A stretch of DNA of 64,000 nucleotides. Source: the human T2T-CHM13v2.0 reference genome, Homo sapiens. Numbering within the stretch: the stretch's first letter is position 1; each line of letters starts with the position of its first letter. The translations under genes and the position numbers were made by a program. The notes under the pieces were generated by a model. The model made no database searches, had not been told where the DNA came from, and was given only the letters and a program-made list of their open reading frames with translations. The stretch is from assembly GCF_009914755.1 (NCBI RefSeq), contig NC_060946.1; one strand, written 5' to 3'. Of this stretch, positions 62,772 to 64,000 are shown piece after piece.

Positions 62772-63290
62772 ACCCATCCACTCACCCATCCATCCATCAT
62801 CCTTCCACCCACCCACCCACCCATTCATCCACCCATTCACCCACTCATGTGCCCATCCATTCGTCTACTCACCCATCCATCCATCCATCCACCCACCCAT
62901 TCATCCACCCATTCACCCACCCATGTGCCCATCCATTCATCTACTCACCCATCCATCCATCCACCCACCCACCCATCTACCCATTCATTCATCCATCCAA
63001 CTACCTACCACCCATTCATCCATCCATGCATCCATCCATCCATCCATTCACCCACCCACTTACCCATCCATCCATTCATTCTTCCTTCCATCTTCCTATA
63101 TTTGTTCTTTCCATTAATTCATCCATTTTTCCTTCCACTCACCCATCTTTCTATCTATCCTTTTATCCACTTATCCATCAATTTTTCTTTCAATCTACTT
63201 GTCCATCAATGTGTCCATCTGATCTTCCTTCCTTCCTTCCTTTCTTCCCTCCTTCCTTCCATTCATCTATCCATTATTTCCCCTTCCACC
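62772..63290. repeat. (CCAT/CCAC)n degenerate tetranucleotide repeat downstream of CRYBB3
   Basis: Directly visible. Confidence 0.9.
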
Positions 63291-64000
63291 TCTCTGTGGG
63301 TCAGTCTCTGTTGTCATTAATGTATTCAGCAAATGCCATGCCCTGTTCAGTGTATTCAGCAAATGCCATGCCCTGTTCAAGGCCTAAGGACAGGGCACAA
63401 TGTCCTGCCCTCCAGGTTCTCACCTTCTGTGGGAGAGACAGAAAGTAAATAAACAGGTCGATGAGGGCTATAATGTTGGGAGGCGGTAAATACCAAGAAC
63501 AATAAAGCTGGATAAAAATATGGAAGTGATGGGGGTGGTGGCCAGGAAACTCTGTGCAAAGGAGCCGAGTCCTCAGTGAACCACCAGAACATTCCAGGCA
63601 GAGAAATAACAGGTGCAAAGGCCCTAGGCAGGAGTATGCTGGCCTAATGGGAAACAGCCAGGGGCCCAGCAGGTCTGGAATGGAGTAAAAGACTGAGGAT
63701 AGGGTTCAGAGGGAACAGGGTCAGGTCATTTAGGGCTTTGCAGAACCTAGTGGACTTTGCTTGTTCTCTGAGGGAGGTGGGAGCCATGGAGCATTTGAGC
63801 AAAGTGAGCCGTGGTCTGCAGTGGGGTTTAATAGGATCACTCTGGCTAGGGTGCAAATCATACACTTAGTGGCCAAGGAGGGATGCAGAGAGACCAGTTG
63901 GGAGGCTACTGCAGAGAGTCTCGTGAGCTGTGTTGGTGCGGTCCACCTGAGCCTCTCTCTCTCATGCCTCAGTATCTCTGTCCCCTTGCCCAGAGGCCTT

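Noticed and set aside
62702-63448. 248-aa His/Pro-rich ORF and overlapping frames
   Set aside because: Translation of the (CCAT/CCAC)n repeat.

Overview
Human-like (primate), Alu-rich genomic DNA that I recognise as the 22q11.23 region. It holds the 3' part of KIAA1671 and the complete beta-B3-crystallin gene CRYBB3, both on the + strand. Bases 1-26080 appear to be one large KIAA1671 intron. Six phase-compatible coding exons follow (26081-45976), then a ~5 kb non-coding terminal exon ending near two AATAAA signals (~52.6 kb). CRYBB3 starts ~2.4 kb further on, with a MARE-like site and TATA box, a non-coding exon 1 and five coding exons giving 211 aa with Asp at codon 113. The most unusual element is an antisense, 5'-truncated STMN3 (stathmin-3) retrocopy in a KIAA1671 intron (32916-34883). 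It has a poly(A) tail, a 12-bp target-site duplication, a frameshift and a CpG-dense 5' end, and its leader looks like parental intron rather than exon sequence. Other oddities are a diverged ~240-bp dispersed duplication, a G4-prone 17-bp minisatellite, a nested MLT2/Tigger/Alu stack and inverted Alus bracketing exons. I found no evidence for a wholly new biological system. Most ORF-track entries are Alu or low-complexity artefacts. Gene and repeat identities come from recognising the sequence, not from a database search; repeat boundaries are approximate.
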